Source of the DNA: a virus
DNA: 64,000 nucleotides
Virus record (IMG/VR): IMGVR_UViG_3300036795_000115
Coordinates: 4,739 to 68,738 of that record
Strand: one strand, 5' to 3'
Below, in pieces: positions 46,493-55,693 of the stretch; position 1 is the first letter of the stretch, and each line of letters begins with the position of its first letter. Under the pieces are notes generated by a model. That model saw only the letters and a program-made list of their open reading frames with translations, was not told the DNA's origin and ran no database searches. Position numbers and translations under genes: made by a program.

Positions 46493-49400
46493 GTGGTTGC
46501 CACGATCAACGCCATCACCACGTCCACTGCCAACACCGAGGCGTTCTCCACCAACAACACCGCGTTCTCGCTGACCACCACCGCCAACGGTGCGTGCGTG
46601 GTCGCGGTCTGTATCACGCGCAGCACCACGGTCAGTATCGCGTCCCTGTCCGGCGGTGGCGTAACTGAGTGGGACCAGGTCGGCGTTTACTCGTTTGCCG
46701 TGAACGGCTCCTTGCCGGCGCAGATCTTCTCGGTGTTCGTCGGGCGGGTGACCAGCTTCGGCTCGAGCCAGACCGTGACCGCGACCGGCTCAGCGTCGCT
46801 GTCCAGCGTCAGCGGCTCGTTTGACTGGCAGATTCTGTCGACGTCCGGCATGGCCGCTGGCACGTCGTGGGTTGTGGAGTCCTCAGGCAAATCCCTCAAC
46901 ACGACCAGCTCCACGAACATCACGATGCCCACATTGGCGCCGGCCGCCGCCGGGCGTGCCTACATCGGCTACGGCGACCCGCTCAACTCGGCGACCAACA
47001 CCGGGATCACCTCCGGCTACACCGGGACCATCGAGGCGAGCACCGGAAATCAGTGGATCAGCAACCTGTCCGTCTCCACGTCGCAGTCTCCGATCGGCAA
47101 GCAAGGCTCCGCCGGGGTGTCCGATGCCATCGGCCTCCTGCTCTACGCCACGAACCCAGACACGTCTGTCGCCACTCTCCTGAACATCGGCAGTGCGTCG
47201 GGTAAGAACCACTTCGAGTTGCAGACCGCGCTCAGTGGGTACGGCGACATCACCACCGCCTCCCAGGCGGACATCGCCGCCGGCTGGAACACCGACCCGC
47301 AGTTCGTGTCTGTCACCGCCGATGGTGCGGTGCAGTTCTCGGTGCGGATGGACGCACCGACCACGGACGGTACGGCGTTCCCCCGGTCTGAGCTGCGGGA
47401 GATGGCCACCGACGGGGTCACCAACTACGCGTTCAACGCCAGCTCGGGGGTGCACTACATCCGGGGGCGGTCGCGGATTACCGCGATCACCCCGACCCGC
47501 AAGCGGGTGGTCACCGCGCAGATCCACGACGGGTCAACCGGCGACATTCTGAAGTTCTACACCCAGGAGAACAGCACCACCGGGGTCTGCGAACTACGCA
47601 CCGCCGTGGGCGGTACGGGTACCGGTCAGCCGCACCTGGACAACAACTATGTCCTGGGTACCTGGTTCGACTGGATGATCTACATCAATGCTGGTACGTG
47701 GCAGCTGTACTACAACGACTTCGCCACCCCCGTGTGGGACTCTGTCGCCTATGCCGCCGCCGGTGGCACGTTCGTGTTCAGCGGGGCGACCGAGTACTAC
47801 GCCAAGGCCGGTTGCTACCCGAACAGCAACGAAACGTTCGACACCGCGACCCTGTACAGCACGGTTGAGCTGACGAACTTCCAGCACTGGCACACCGGCT
47901 GGCCGACACCGACCGCGATCGTCAACACCGCAACCGCCGCCCTGGCTGCCAGCACGTCGGTTACGGCCGCCGGGGCGATCGCGCAGGCAGGTACGGCGAC
48001 GCTTGGTGCGACCACGTCGGTCAGTGCGACTGGTGTGCGGGAGCAGCCCAGCACGGCGACGTTGGTCGCTACGACTTCGGTCGCCGCGACCGGTACATAC
48101 GGTGCGGTCTCGAGCGCGGCCCTGTCTGCGTCGAGCTCGGTCGCCGCCGGCGCGGTCCGCGTTCAGCCCGCCACCGCGACCTTGTCGGCGGCCACATCGG
48201 TCGCGGCTGCCGGTGTCGCCACCACAGCCGGCGCGGCGGCCCTGGCCGCTACGACTTCGGTCACCGCCGCAGCCGTTGCGACCACCACGGGTACCGCGTC
48301 TCTGTCGGCTACGACTTCGGTTGCGGCCTCGGCCATCGACATCGCCCCCGGTGCCTCGACGCTGGTTGCCACGACCTCCGTTGCGGCCACGGCCTTCGCC
48401 ACCACGACCGGCACGGCCAACCTCGCGGCCTCGACCACGGTCGGCGCTTCGGCCGTGGACCTGGTGGCCGGGTCGGCCGCGTTGTCGGCCGCGACCTCGG
48501 TCACGGCCGCCGGTTTCGTTTCGACGGCCGGTTCGGCCGCGTTGGCCGCGTCGACGGCCGTCACCGCCACCGGGGTTGGGCAAACGTCGGGCTCTGCGTC
48601 GCTTACAGCGGCCACCACAGTCACTGCTGCGGGTGTTCGGGTTCAGCCGGCTACCGCGACCCTGACCAGCGCAACAACGGTCACAGCGGCGGCCACAGCG
48701 GCCACGACCGGTACCGCCGCACTGTCCGCTGCCACGTCGATGGGCGCTGGCGCGGTTGACATCGCACCCGGTGCGGCGACCATCGCGGCTGCCACGTCGG
48801 TCACGGCCACTGGCCGGCAGACGTTTTTCGCTACCGCCGCCCTGAGCTCGACCACAGCGGTTACGGCGTCGGGTGTGCGGACGCAGCCGGCCACCGCAAC
48901 GTTGGCCTCGAGTACCTCGGCCACGGCCGCCGCGTTCGCCACCACCACCGCAACCGCAACCCTGACGGCTGCCACCACGGTCACGGCCGACACCTCCGGC
49001 GGATCCTCCGGTACAGCGGCGTTGACCGCGATCACCTCCGTCAGTGCGACGGGTGTGCAGATCGCGTCCGCCGCCGCTGCGCTGGCAGCGACCACCACGG
49101 TCACCGCTGCCGCGAACTCGACGTTGGGTGCGACGGCCGCGCTCGCCGCCTCAGGCACCGTGGTGGCCGCCGGAGTGCGGGAGCAGCCCAGCGCGGCGGC
49201 CCTGAGCTCGGCCACGTCGGTCACCGCGACCGGAACGGCCACCCTCGGCGCAACAGCCGCGCTCACGGCCAACACCACGGTCGCGGCCTCGGGAGCTGTC
49301 ACCGCTGTGGCGACCGCCGCCCTGGCGGCCTCGACCACGGTCACGGCCGGAGCGGTACGCGAACAACCGGCGACGGCCGGTCTAACCGCCGCCACGACGG

Positions 49401-50050
49401 TCAGCGCGACCGGGGTACGGGAACAGCCGGCCACCGCCGCGCTCAGCGCGGTCACCTCGGTCAACGCGGTCACCGCCAGTTCCACCGACGGGGCCGCGAC
49501 CCTGGCCGCCAGTACGTCGGTTACGGCTGCCGCGCAGGTGGTCGCCGTCGCGTCCGCGTCCCTCGGCGCCACGACCTCGGTCACCGGCACCGGCACGGTC
49601 AATCAGCCGGCGACCGCAACCCTGTCCGCGAGCACGGCCGTCAACTCCACCGCGACACCCGGCACCCCCGGTGGTGCGTCGCTGCAAGCGGTCACCGTGC
49701 TCACCGCCCAAGCCGTACTGGGTGTGCAGGCCACGGCGTTGCTGTTCGCCGGCACCTCCGTGGTCGCGGTCGTGCACTTGTCCGCGTTCACCACCGCAGC
49801 GCTGTCCGCGGCCACATCAGTGACGGCGCTGGCACACCACCCCAGCTGGGAGCCCGACGTCGGGGACCCGGCGCTGCTCAACGCGGTGCACGCGTTGCCG
49901 CCGGTCACCGTGGCGTCGGTGGCCGCTACGGTGCGGCCGATGATCAGCATCCACGCCGGAATAGCCGCCGATGTGGTCGGCGTGTCAGCCGGTAGCCCCC
50001 GGACCCTGGGCCCGTTCGTGCAGGCCGGTGCACCGCAGGCCTTGGACTAG
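46493..50050 (+). CDS. Ala/Thr-rich fibre protein 2 with a polysaccharide lyase family 7 domain
   Basis: PRSELREM, AQIHD and YYAKAGCYPNS around 47200-47900; 20-aa repeats afterwards. Confidence 0.8.
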   Translation: MVATINAITTSTANTEAFSTNNTAFSLTTTANGACVVAVCITRSTTVSIASLSGGGVTEWDQVGVYSFAVNGSLPAQIFSVFVGRVTSFGSSQTVTATGSASLSSVSGSFDWQILSTSGMAAGTSWVVESSGKSLNTTSSTNITMPTLAPAAAGRAYIGYGDPLNSATNTGITSGYTGTIEASTGNQWISNLSVSTSQSPIGKQGSAGVSDAIGLLLYATNPDTSVATLLNIGSASGKNHFELQTALSGYGDITTASQADIAAGWNTDPQFVSVTADGAVQFSVRMDAPTTDGTAFPRSELREMATDGVTNYAFNASSGVHYIRGRSRITAITPTRKRVVTAQIHDGSTGDILKFYTQENSTTGVCELRTAVGGTGTGQPHLDNNYVLGTWFDWMIYINAGTWQLYYNDFATPVWDSVAYAAAGGTFVFSGATEYYAKAGCYPNSNETFDTATLYSTVELTNFQHWHTGWPTPTAIVNTATAALAASTSVTAAGAIAQAGTATLGATTSVSATGVREQPSTATLVATTSVAATGTYGAVSSAALSASSSVAAGAVRVQPATATLSAATSVAAAGVATTAGAAALAATTSVTAAAVATTTGTASLSATTSVAASAIDIAPGASTLVATTSVAATAFATTTGTANLAASTTVGASAVDLVAGSAALSAATSVTAAGFVSTAGSAALAASTAVTATGVGQTSGSASLTAATTVTAAGVRVQPATATLTSATTVTAAATAATTGTAALSAATSMGAGAVDIAPGAATIAAATSVTATGRQTFFATAALSSTTAVTASGVRTQPATATLASSTSATAAAFATTTATATLTAATTVTADTSGGSSGTAALTAITSVSATGVQIASAAAALAATTTVTAAANSTLGATAALAASGTVVAAGVREQPSAAALSSATSVTATGTATLGATAALTANTTVAASGAVTAVATAALAASTTVTAGAVREQPATAGLTAATTVSATGVREQPATAALSAVTSVNAVTASSTDGAATLAASTSVTAAAQVVAVASASLGATTSVTGTGTVNQPATATLSASTAVNSTATPGTPGGASLQAVTVLTAQAVLGVQATALLFAGTSVVAVVHLSAFTTAALSAATSVTALAHHPSWEPDVGDPALLNAVHALPPVTVASVAATVRPMISIHAGIAADVVGVSAGSPRTLGPFVQAGAPQALD

Positions 50051-50057
50051 GAGACTC

Positions 50058-50231
50058 ATGACGAGTGGCAATGACCCGCTGGCAACGTCGAGCTACCTCA
50101 TCTGCAAATACATGCGGTTCGGGTGCACGTGGGTGGCCCGCTGGCTACCCGGCGGCGAGATGCGCGCCCGCACCCAACGGATAGAGCACGAGAAGACCTG
50201 CCGGTTCCAGTACCAGCAGACCCGCCCCTAG
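50058..50231 (+). CDS. small hypothetical protein
   Basis: AGGAG RBS; C...GC.W...HE..C. Confidence 0.55.
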   Translation: MTSGNDPLATSSYLICKYMRFGCTWVARWLPGGEMRARTQRIEHEKTCRFQYQQTRP

Positions 50232-50370
50232 ACCGTTCGGCCGCCCTCGACCGGCTCGTCACCGGGGCGGTCGGACGTGCAAAAGCCCGCTCGATCAGCG
50301 TTGTAGGCAATCCCCGTGCCTCCGCTGGTCGAGCGGGCTCATTCGTGTGTCCGGGGTAAACTGCCCGGCG

Positions 50371-50451
50371 CAGGGTGTAGCTCAACGGTTCAGAGCGTCA
50401 GGCGGCCTAGGTAACGACCTGGATACCCCGGTAAAAGTCCGGGCGCCCTGC
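50371..50451 (+). ncRNA. tRNA-like element with an aberrant anticodon arm
   Basis: CAGGGTG/CGCCCTG acceptor, TAGCTCAACGGTTCAGAGC D-arm, CCCGG-TAAAAGT-CCGGG T-arm. Confidence 0.6.
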
Positions 50452-50454
50452 GCT

Positions 50455-50658
50455 TCAGGGGCGCTTCCGCATACACGCGGTGAACCCCGGCCAAGGCTGC
50501 GGACCCGCCTGGGTTACGGTGCGGTACCACGACCGGCTCCCCGGTCCGCGTGTCCAACCCGGCGGCATGTCCTCCGGCACGTCGTCGCCGTCGAGGATCA
50601 CCTCGTCGCCAACGGCCGGTTGATCGGGTGGGTCAACCCAAAGCCAGACGTCGCCCAT
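50455..50658 (-). CDS. hypothetical protein
   Basis: Coupled ORF. Confidence 0.5.
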   Translation of the reverse strand: MGDVWLWVDPPDQPAVGDEVILDGDDVPEDMPPGWTRGPGSRSWYRTVTQAGPQPWPGFTACMRKRP

Positions 50659-50843
50659 CAGGCCGCCGCCCCGCACTTCGCGCACACCGTGCTGGTCACA
50701 CCGCTGCGGTTGGTCGTCGTCACCCACATGTGCGGGTTGTCCGCCGAACCACACGACCCGGTGCCCATCAACCGGCGGATCCACGCACGGAGCTCGTCGA
50801 GCCGCTCAAGGTGCTCGGTGCGCCGGTAGAGATCGGGGTCCAC
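50658..50843 (-). CDS. small Cys-containing protein
   Basis: Coupled ORF. Confidence 0.5.
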   Translation of the reverse strand: MDPDLYRRTEHLERLDELRAWIRRLMGTGSCGSADNPHMWVTTTNRSGVTSTVCAKCGAAA

Positions 50844-50854
50844 GGCCCGGGAGC

Positions 50855-51298
50855 CTACCTCCGGTCAGACACAGCGGCCTGATTCGGGGGCTGCTTCTTC
50901 GCCCGGATCCGCCACGGGGTACGACACTTGCGGCAGCGTTCCCACTGCCCGGACTTACGGGCCCGGGCCACCGCCTCACCGCACGGCGGGCACGCTTTGA
51001 CCTTCGCCTCACGGTCTTCGACCGTGTTGTTCACAGTGTCCGGGTGCCGGTACGCCTTGAGGAACACGTACCCGACGAGTCCGACCACGGCGGCGAGCAG
51101 CCACGGCCAGGTCGTTGCCCAGTTGGCGACCACGGCGGCTAGGAGCAAACAGAACAGGGCGAACAGCACCACATAGCCCAGGGCGGCGTTGCCCTCCGTG
51201 CTGCTCGCCGTAGACCGGTACCTGCGCCGGCGGCCGCCGAACGACGTGCCCACCCGCAGCGGGGTGAACGGGATACGCGCGGACACCCACAACCTCAT
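50855..51298 (-). CDS. 2-TM membrane protein with a C-terminal Zn ribbon
   Basis: GAGGAG RBS; TM helices; CPPC...CRKC. Confidence 0.7.
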   Translation of the reverse strand: MRLWVSARIPFTPLRVGTSFGGRRRRYRSTASSTEGNAALGYVVLFALFCLLLAAVVANWATTWPWLLAAVVGLVGYVFLKAYRHPDTVNNTVEDREAKVKACPPCGEAVARARKSGQWERCRKCRTPWRIRAKKQPPNQAAVSDRR

Positions 51299-51364
51299 CG
51301 GGGTTCTCCTCGTTCCGGTGGTAGGTCATCGTCGCAGGTGAGCGGGGTGCTTATGTAGAGCCGG

Positions 51365-51580
51365 TCAGGTAATGGGCGGCTTGAACGAGTAGCCCCACAA
51401 CGACGACGTCAGTCGAACTCCGTTGGCGAACACCAACACGGACAGGAAGTCGGGCTCGTCCTTGTCGAACACCTTCTCGACGAGGGGGCTGGTGAACTCG
51501 CCGCCGGCGCAACAGTCCTCCCATGACACGTCGTAGACGATGCCCACGGTGAGATCGTCAGCGGCCACGGCGTCGGTCAC
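51365..51580 (-). CDS. hypothetical protein
   Basis: GGAGACACC-GTG start cassette. Confidence 0.6.
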   Translation of the reverse strand: MTDAVAADDLTVGIVYDVSWEDCCAGGEFTSPLVEKVFDKDEPDFLSVLVFANGVRLTSSLWGYSFKPPIT

Positions 51581-51864
51581 GGTGTCTCCCCGGTCGCATC
51601 GGTTCGCTTCAACACCGCACGGGCCTGATCGAGCGCCCCAACCAGGTCAGCGTCTTCGTCGTTCCATGCGTCCAACACCAGGGTCAGCGCGGTGGCCAGT
51701 TGTTCGTTCGCCGCATACAACGTTGCCCCCGGGTAGCAGTCCGGGCACACCACGTCGCCGCACGTTTGGCAGAACGCGTTCTTGCGTGGGGGCGGTGTCA
51801 GCGACGCGGACGGTGGTTCGTATCCGTCGGGTAAGCCCGGCGTCTTGATCGGCCAATCTCTCAC
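51577..51864 (-). CDS. hypothetical protein
   Basis: GGAGACACC-GTG start; CxxC pairs. Confidence 0.6.
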   Translation of the reverse strand: MRDWPIKTPGLPDGYEPPSASLTPPPRKNAFCQTCGDVVCPDCYPGATLYAANEQLATALTLVLDAWNDEDADLVGALDQARAVLKRTDATGETP

Positions 51865-52271
51865 GGTGTCTCCATCCGTACCGCAGCCTTCAGGTTCTCC
51901 TCTAGTCGGTCACGGATGTCGATCCACGCTCTCCGCCCGGCCTTGGGCAGGTCGTGGGCGAACCCTTCCCGGGCCAGGTGTTCGACCAGTGCGGTGGCGG
52001 CCTCCACGATTGGCGCCTGAGCGGCCACCTGGGCTCGGAGCTTTACCAACTCGTCCTGCGTGCTCCGGGAGACCGCGAACACGCGTAGCTTCTCGGCGGA
52101 CCTGATGATCGGCACCTCGTCATGCCTCGACTCCAGCAACTCGTCGGGCGTGTTGTCCGAGTAGATGGTGCAGCTGCACGACTTCGGGAACCGGCAGCAG
52201 CTGGGGTCGTATTCACCTTCGGAGCAGTAAGGCCACTGCTCGATGCACGACAGCAGACGTCGCTCGCTCAC
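51861..52271 (-). CDS. hypothetical protein
   Basis: YDPSCCRFPKSCSC motif; coupled ORF. Confidence 0.65.
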   Translation of the reverse strand: MSERRLLSCIEQWPYCSEGEYDPSCCRFPKSCSCTIYSDNTPDELLESRHDEVPIIRSAEKLRVFAVSRSTQDELVKLRAQVAAQAPIVEAATALVEHLAREGFAHDLPKAGRRAWIDIRDRLEENLKAAVRMETP

Positions 52272-52531
52272 GACTTGCCTCCGTTCAGGGCGTCGGTCAG
52301 GGCGGTCAGCAGCTCGGCGGTTTTCGCGCCGGGGCCAGGGCCAACTCCGACGCCCGCTCGGCAGTGTTCGACCAGTGCGGTGGCGGCCCGCTCCACCAGG
52401 CCACGCCGGTCAAACTCGGCCATGACGATCGGCAACGACGCGTCGACGGCGGGCACCTCGCCGTCCCGGATCGCAGTTCGGACGTTGTCCAGAGCATCGG
52501 CCAGTTCGTCGGGGGAGGGCTGCTCGCTCAC
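52268..52531 (-). CDS. hypothetical protein
   Basis: MSEQPSPDELA module. Confidence 0.6.
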   Translation of the reverse strand: MSEQPSPDELADALDNVRTAIRDGEVPAVDASLPIVMAEFDRRGLVERAATALVEHCRAGVGVGPGPGAKTAELLTALTDALNGGKS

Positions 52532-52962
52532 CGGCGCACCTCCCTGATCAGCGCCGCCAGCAAGTCGCCGTCCACCTCGTCAACCGAGTGCGGGTCGTAG
52601 CTCTCAGCCAGCCTGAACGCCGCCTGAACGATCGCCTCGCGCTCATTCAGCTCCGCATCGCGCACGGTCAGCAGCTCACCCCGCCGGTCGTACTCGGCCA
52701 GTAGGTACTGCAAGTCGCGGTTACCGGACCCGAGGTATACCTCCGCAGCTCGAAGGCGTGCACGCTGCACCAGGTCGGCCAGGCAGTCCGGGCCGTGCTC
52801 AATGCTGCCGTCGTCGCGCTCGCCCATCACCGTCTCCTCCCAACCAAACCCACCAACGCTGCTTGCCGTGTCCCGGCGTAGCGGGTTTGGCCCGTCGGTT
52901 GCCTCGTACAGGCCCAGCTCCTCGGCCTGCCGCACAAGACCCGACAGTGGGTCGTCGGTCAC
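52528..52962 (-). CDS. hypothetical mosaic protein
   Basis: Coupled ORF with an internal repeat cassette. Confidence 0.55.
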   Translation of the reverse strand: MTDDPLSGLVRQAEELGLYEATDGPNPLRRDTASSVGGFGWEETVMGERDDGSIEHGPDCLADLVQRARLRAAEVYLGSGNRDLQYLLAEYDRRGELLTVRDAELNEREAIVQAAFRLAESYDPHSVDEVDGDLLAALIREVRR

Positions 52963-53138
52963 GGTGACTCCTCGTCCGCGTTTGACCAGTGGTCATCTGC
53001 TCCACGTACGAGCTTGCAGGGGCCGACCCACACGGTCTCTCCCTTGACAATGGCGTCGACCGGGACGTTGTCGCGCCACTTGTCACCGTAGGCGTTAAAC
53101 AGGATCACGTAGCGGGCCGCACGTTCCTCGTTGGTCAC
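52959..53138 (-). CDS. hypothetical protein
   Basis: GGAGACACGG-GTG start. Confidence 0.55.
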   Translation of the reverse strand: MTNEERAARYVILFNAYGDKWRDNVPVDAIVKGETVWVGPCKLVRGADDHWSNADEESP

Positions 53139-53265
53139 GGTGTCTCCTCGGCTGATATCGTTGAGGGCATAGCCAGCCCACTGCGGTGAGACTGGAAGTG
53201 AGACCCAGGAGTTCCCGTCGGATGACGGGGCCTGGGGCTCGCGCCTTTCTCGGCTTTTGGCTTGC

Positions 53266-53643
53266 TCACTTCGTCTCCCCGTGTACCGCAGCAGCCAAAG
53301 CGTCCAGCGCTTTTTGGCTACACACGTTGGGTTCGTAGCCTGACCACGTCTTACCCCAGAACGGGTCGCCGGGTCCCGGACGTGCGGACTCGACCAGTGC
53401 GGTGGCGGCCTCCACAATGTCCCGCTGCCGGCCGATCGTCGCGCCGATCATGACGAAGTCCGCCGCGTACTTGACGTTGTCCGCCTTCAGTCGCACGATC
53501 TCCGCACCCCGCCGGTCGAACTCCGTCAGCAGCAGTCGTGCCGACAGGGCCGGGTCGTGCAGCTGTTCACCTTGGGCGAGCCGGCGCATGTTGCGCACGA
53601 ACATCGGCTCAGCCAGTTCGTCGGGGGAGGGCAGCTCGCTCAT
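53266..53643 (-). CDS. hypothetical protein
   Basis: MSELPSPDELA module; VEAATALVE. Confidence 0.6.
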   Translation of the reverse strand: MSELPSPDELAEPMFVRNMRRLAQGEQLHDPALSARLLLTEFDRRGAEIVRLKADNVKYAADFVMIGATIGRQRDIVEAATALVESARPGPGDPFWGKTWSGYEPNVCSQKALDALAAAVHGETK

Positions 53644-53753
53644 GGAGGCGGCGGCGCTGTGCGCACACCCCGGATGCTGACAGACGCCAGTACGGAGGTC
53701 CTGGCGGTGAATCGAATGCCGAGCCGTGATCCGCTCGTCGGCCAGTTCGTCGC

Positions 53754-54041
53754 TCACGGCTGACACTTCCCTTCGTGGCCTGCGTAGTCCCCGCACTGCT
53801 CCGGAGGCTGCAATCCGCTGTACAAGTGACCGAGACAGCGCACACGGCGAATCCGGTCCAACTCTTCCAAGGCTTCGCGGCGCTCCCTGATCAGCTTGCG
53901 TAGACGGGCGACGATGAGAAAGTCCAGCGGTTCGGCTTCGTCCAGTTCGTCGGAAGAGGGCTGCCGACCATGATCGTGTTGGCACTCCGGGCCGTCGTAG
54001 AAGTCGACCTCCCGGTGCATCGACTCGGGGGAGTCCATCAC
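53754..54041 (-). CDS. hypothetical protein
   Basis: GGAGG within a repeated leader; C...GH.G.C tail. Confidence 0.55.
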   Translation of the reverse strand: MMDSPESMHREVDFYDGPECQHDHGRQPSSDELDEAEPLDFLIVARLRKLIRERREALEELDRIRRVRCLGHLYSGLQPPEQCGDYAGHEGKCQP

Positions 54042-54373
54042 CGTCGCCTCCCAACCAAACCCACCAACACGGCCGCGCACAGCATTAGCCCCATGCATCC
54101 GGCGGCCTGCGCTGGGCCCGCCGTCCGCTCGTCATGCACCCGGGCGGTCAACTTCCGGCCCTGCCGTCTGGCCGCTTCCCCTCTGTGCTTTCCGTTCCAG
54201 CCCTCCAGGGAGCCGTCGGCTCGGCGGACGATGAAGGGGTCTCCATCTGTGGACCGCTTGTTGGGGTTCCGTTCGTAGGCGGACACGGCGCGTTCGTTGA
54301 GCTTGTGTCCGGCCCAGCGGACCTTGTTTGGGTCCACCTGCTGCCGGCGAGCCCGGTCATAACTACTCATCAC
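54038..54373 (-). CDS. ParB/Srx-like small protein with a C-terminal TM
   Basis: PFIVR...WNGKHR.EAARR.G resembles the ParB xGxHR motif. Confidence 0.5.
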   Translation of the reverse strand: MMSSYDRARRQQVDPNKVRWAGHKLNERAVSAYERNPNKRSTDGDPFIVRRADGSLEGWNGKHRGEAARRQGRKLTARVHDERTAGPAQAAGCMGLMLCAAVLVGLVGRRR

Positions 54374-55158
54374 GCCTCACTCTCGGTCTCCGGCTGGTAG
54401 CCCTCGCACAGGCAGTCGTGATCACAGTCGTGTGCGGCATGGCACCGCGCGTTCGGTGGCGGCGGAATGGCCCCTCCGTCGCCGTGCTTATGGGGCGAGT
54501 GACCGCAGGTGCAGCGAATCCATGGGACGTCCACCCCGCTCTCGGTGGGGGTGGCAGACAGCACCGCACGGGCTCGATGCGCCACAACTTGCCCGCCGAT
54601 GTCGATCTGCGCCAAGCTCTCTAGCTTCTCAACCGTCTCGGTCAGTGCGGTGGTCAGCAGGTCGACACGGGCCTTGAGCGCCTGCGCCTCCTCGAACCGA
54701 ACAGCGCACCGGCGAGCCAGTGAGTCACGTTCCCGCACGGCTTTGTCCAGCGCCTCGGTCGGCTGTTCGGCGGCTAGTACCTCGGCTACCGCATCCACTG
54801 CTCGGGCCCAGGAGTTGTGCGCCATCTTGGTGCCGTCGTAGAACGCCTCTCGGGCAGCTTCGGCGGCGCGGTCCCGAACATCCGGATCAAGGTCAGGCAT
54901 CACGCGCCTCCCTTCAAGTAGCTGGTGTGCACGGTTGTATTCCCGCTCCGTGCGCGCCTCGCCGTGGATCACGCCGCACAACCACGCCGCATCGGCCTTG
55001 GACAGCACGATCACGTCCCCGCCGAGCAACACGGCCGCCACGGCGTCGACCATCGCCAGGTACTGGTCGTCCTCGTGCCGATAACTTGCGTCCCAGAAAA
55101 TGGACTTGATCCGTTGGGCGGCGCGGTCCCGGACATCCGGCGGCAGGTCAGCGGACAT
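54370..55158 (-). CDS. hypothetical mosaic protein
   Basis: Duplicated PDVRDRAA...VDAVA module. Confidence 0.6.
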   Translation of the reverse strand: MSADLPPDVRDRAAQRIKSIFWDASYRHEDDQYLAMVDAVAAVLLGGDVIVLSKADAAWLCGVIHGEARTEREYNRAHQLLEGRRVMPDLDPDVRDRAAEAAREAFYDGTKMAHNSWARAVDAVAEVLAAEQPTEALDKAVRERDSLARRCAVRFEEAQALKARVDLLTTALTETVEKLESLAQIDIGGQVVAHRARAVLSATPTESGVDVPWIRCTCGHSPHKHGDGGAIPPPPNARCHAAHDCDHDCLCEGYQPETESEA

Positions 55159-55463
55159 CGGACACCTCGGCCTCGAACGGGATTTCGACCGCGTCGATCA
55201 CAGCCCCGATCAGCGGGTTGGCCGTGGACGGGTAGTCGCACTCCTCGCAGTGATCGTCCCCCGGGGCCTCAAGCGGGTTGCCGCAGGCGCAGGTGGGCTC
55301 GTCCTTGTCGTCTTCGTCCTCAGCCCAGTACTCGGGCGGCAACATCGCGTCGTAGTGGGCTTGCGCGCGGTCGAATCCGCTCACCGCTTCACCGTCATAA
55401 CGATGAGCAGCAGGGTGATCACGGACAGCTGGAACTGGATCAAGGCGATCTGGGTGGACGTCT

Positions 55464-55649
55464 TCATGGCGAGTCCTTGTGTAGGTCGGAACGGAAACCC
55501 TGACCCTTGAGCTCGATCGCCTGAACCTCTTCACGGCTGTACCCGCGTTTCTCCGGGATGCCGTGCCGGCGCATGACGACCCGAACGTAGTCGGGCTGAA
55601 TGCCCAGGAACTTGGCGACTTCATCGCGTGTCATCAAGGGTTCTTCCAC
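55464..55649 (-). CDS. excisionase/MerR-like HTH protein
   Basis: LMTRDEVAKFLGIQPDYVR...GQGFRSDL; leaderless promoter TTGCTC-17-CATAGT-6-GTG. Confidence 0.75.
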   Translation of the reverse strand: MEEPLMTRDEVAKFLGIQPDYVRVVMRRHGIPEKRGYSREEVQAIELKGQGFRSDLHKDSP

Positions 55650-55693
55650 GCTCTAACTATGACACAGTGCGAGTGAAAGAGCAAGTCAGACGG

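Noticed and set aside
44091-50050. Diversity-generating retroelement acting on the fibre genes
   Set aside because: No reverse transcriptase and no template/variable repeat pair differing at adenines were seen; the repeats are protein-level.
50371-50451. Functional amber-suppressor tRNA implying stop-codon recoding
   Set aside because: The CTA is not in a 7-nt anticodon loop, and TAG ends genes normally here without fragmenting conserved ORFs.
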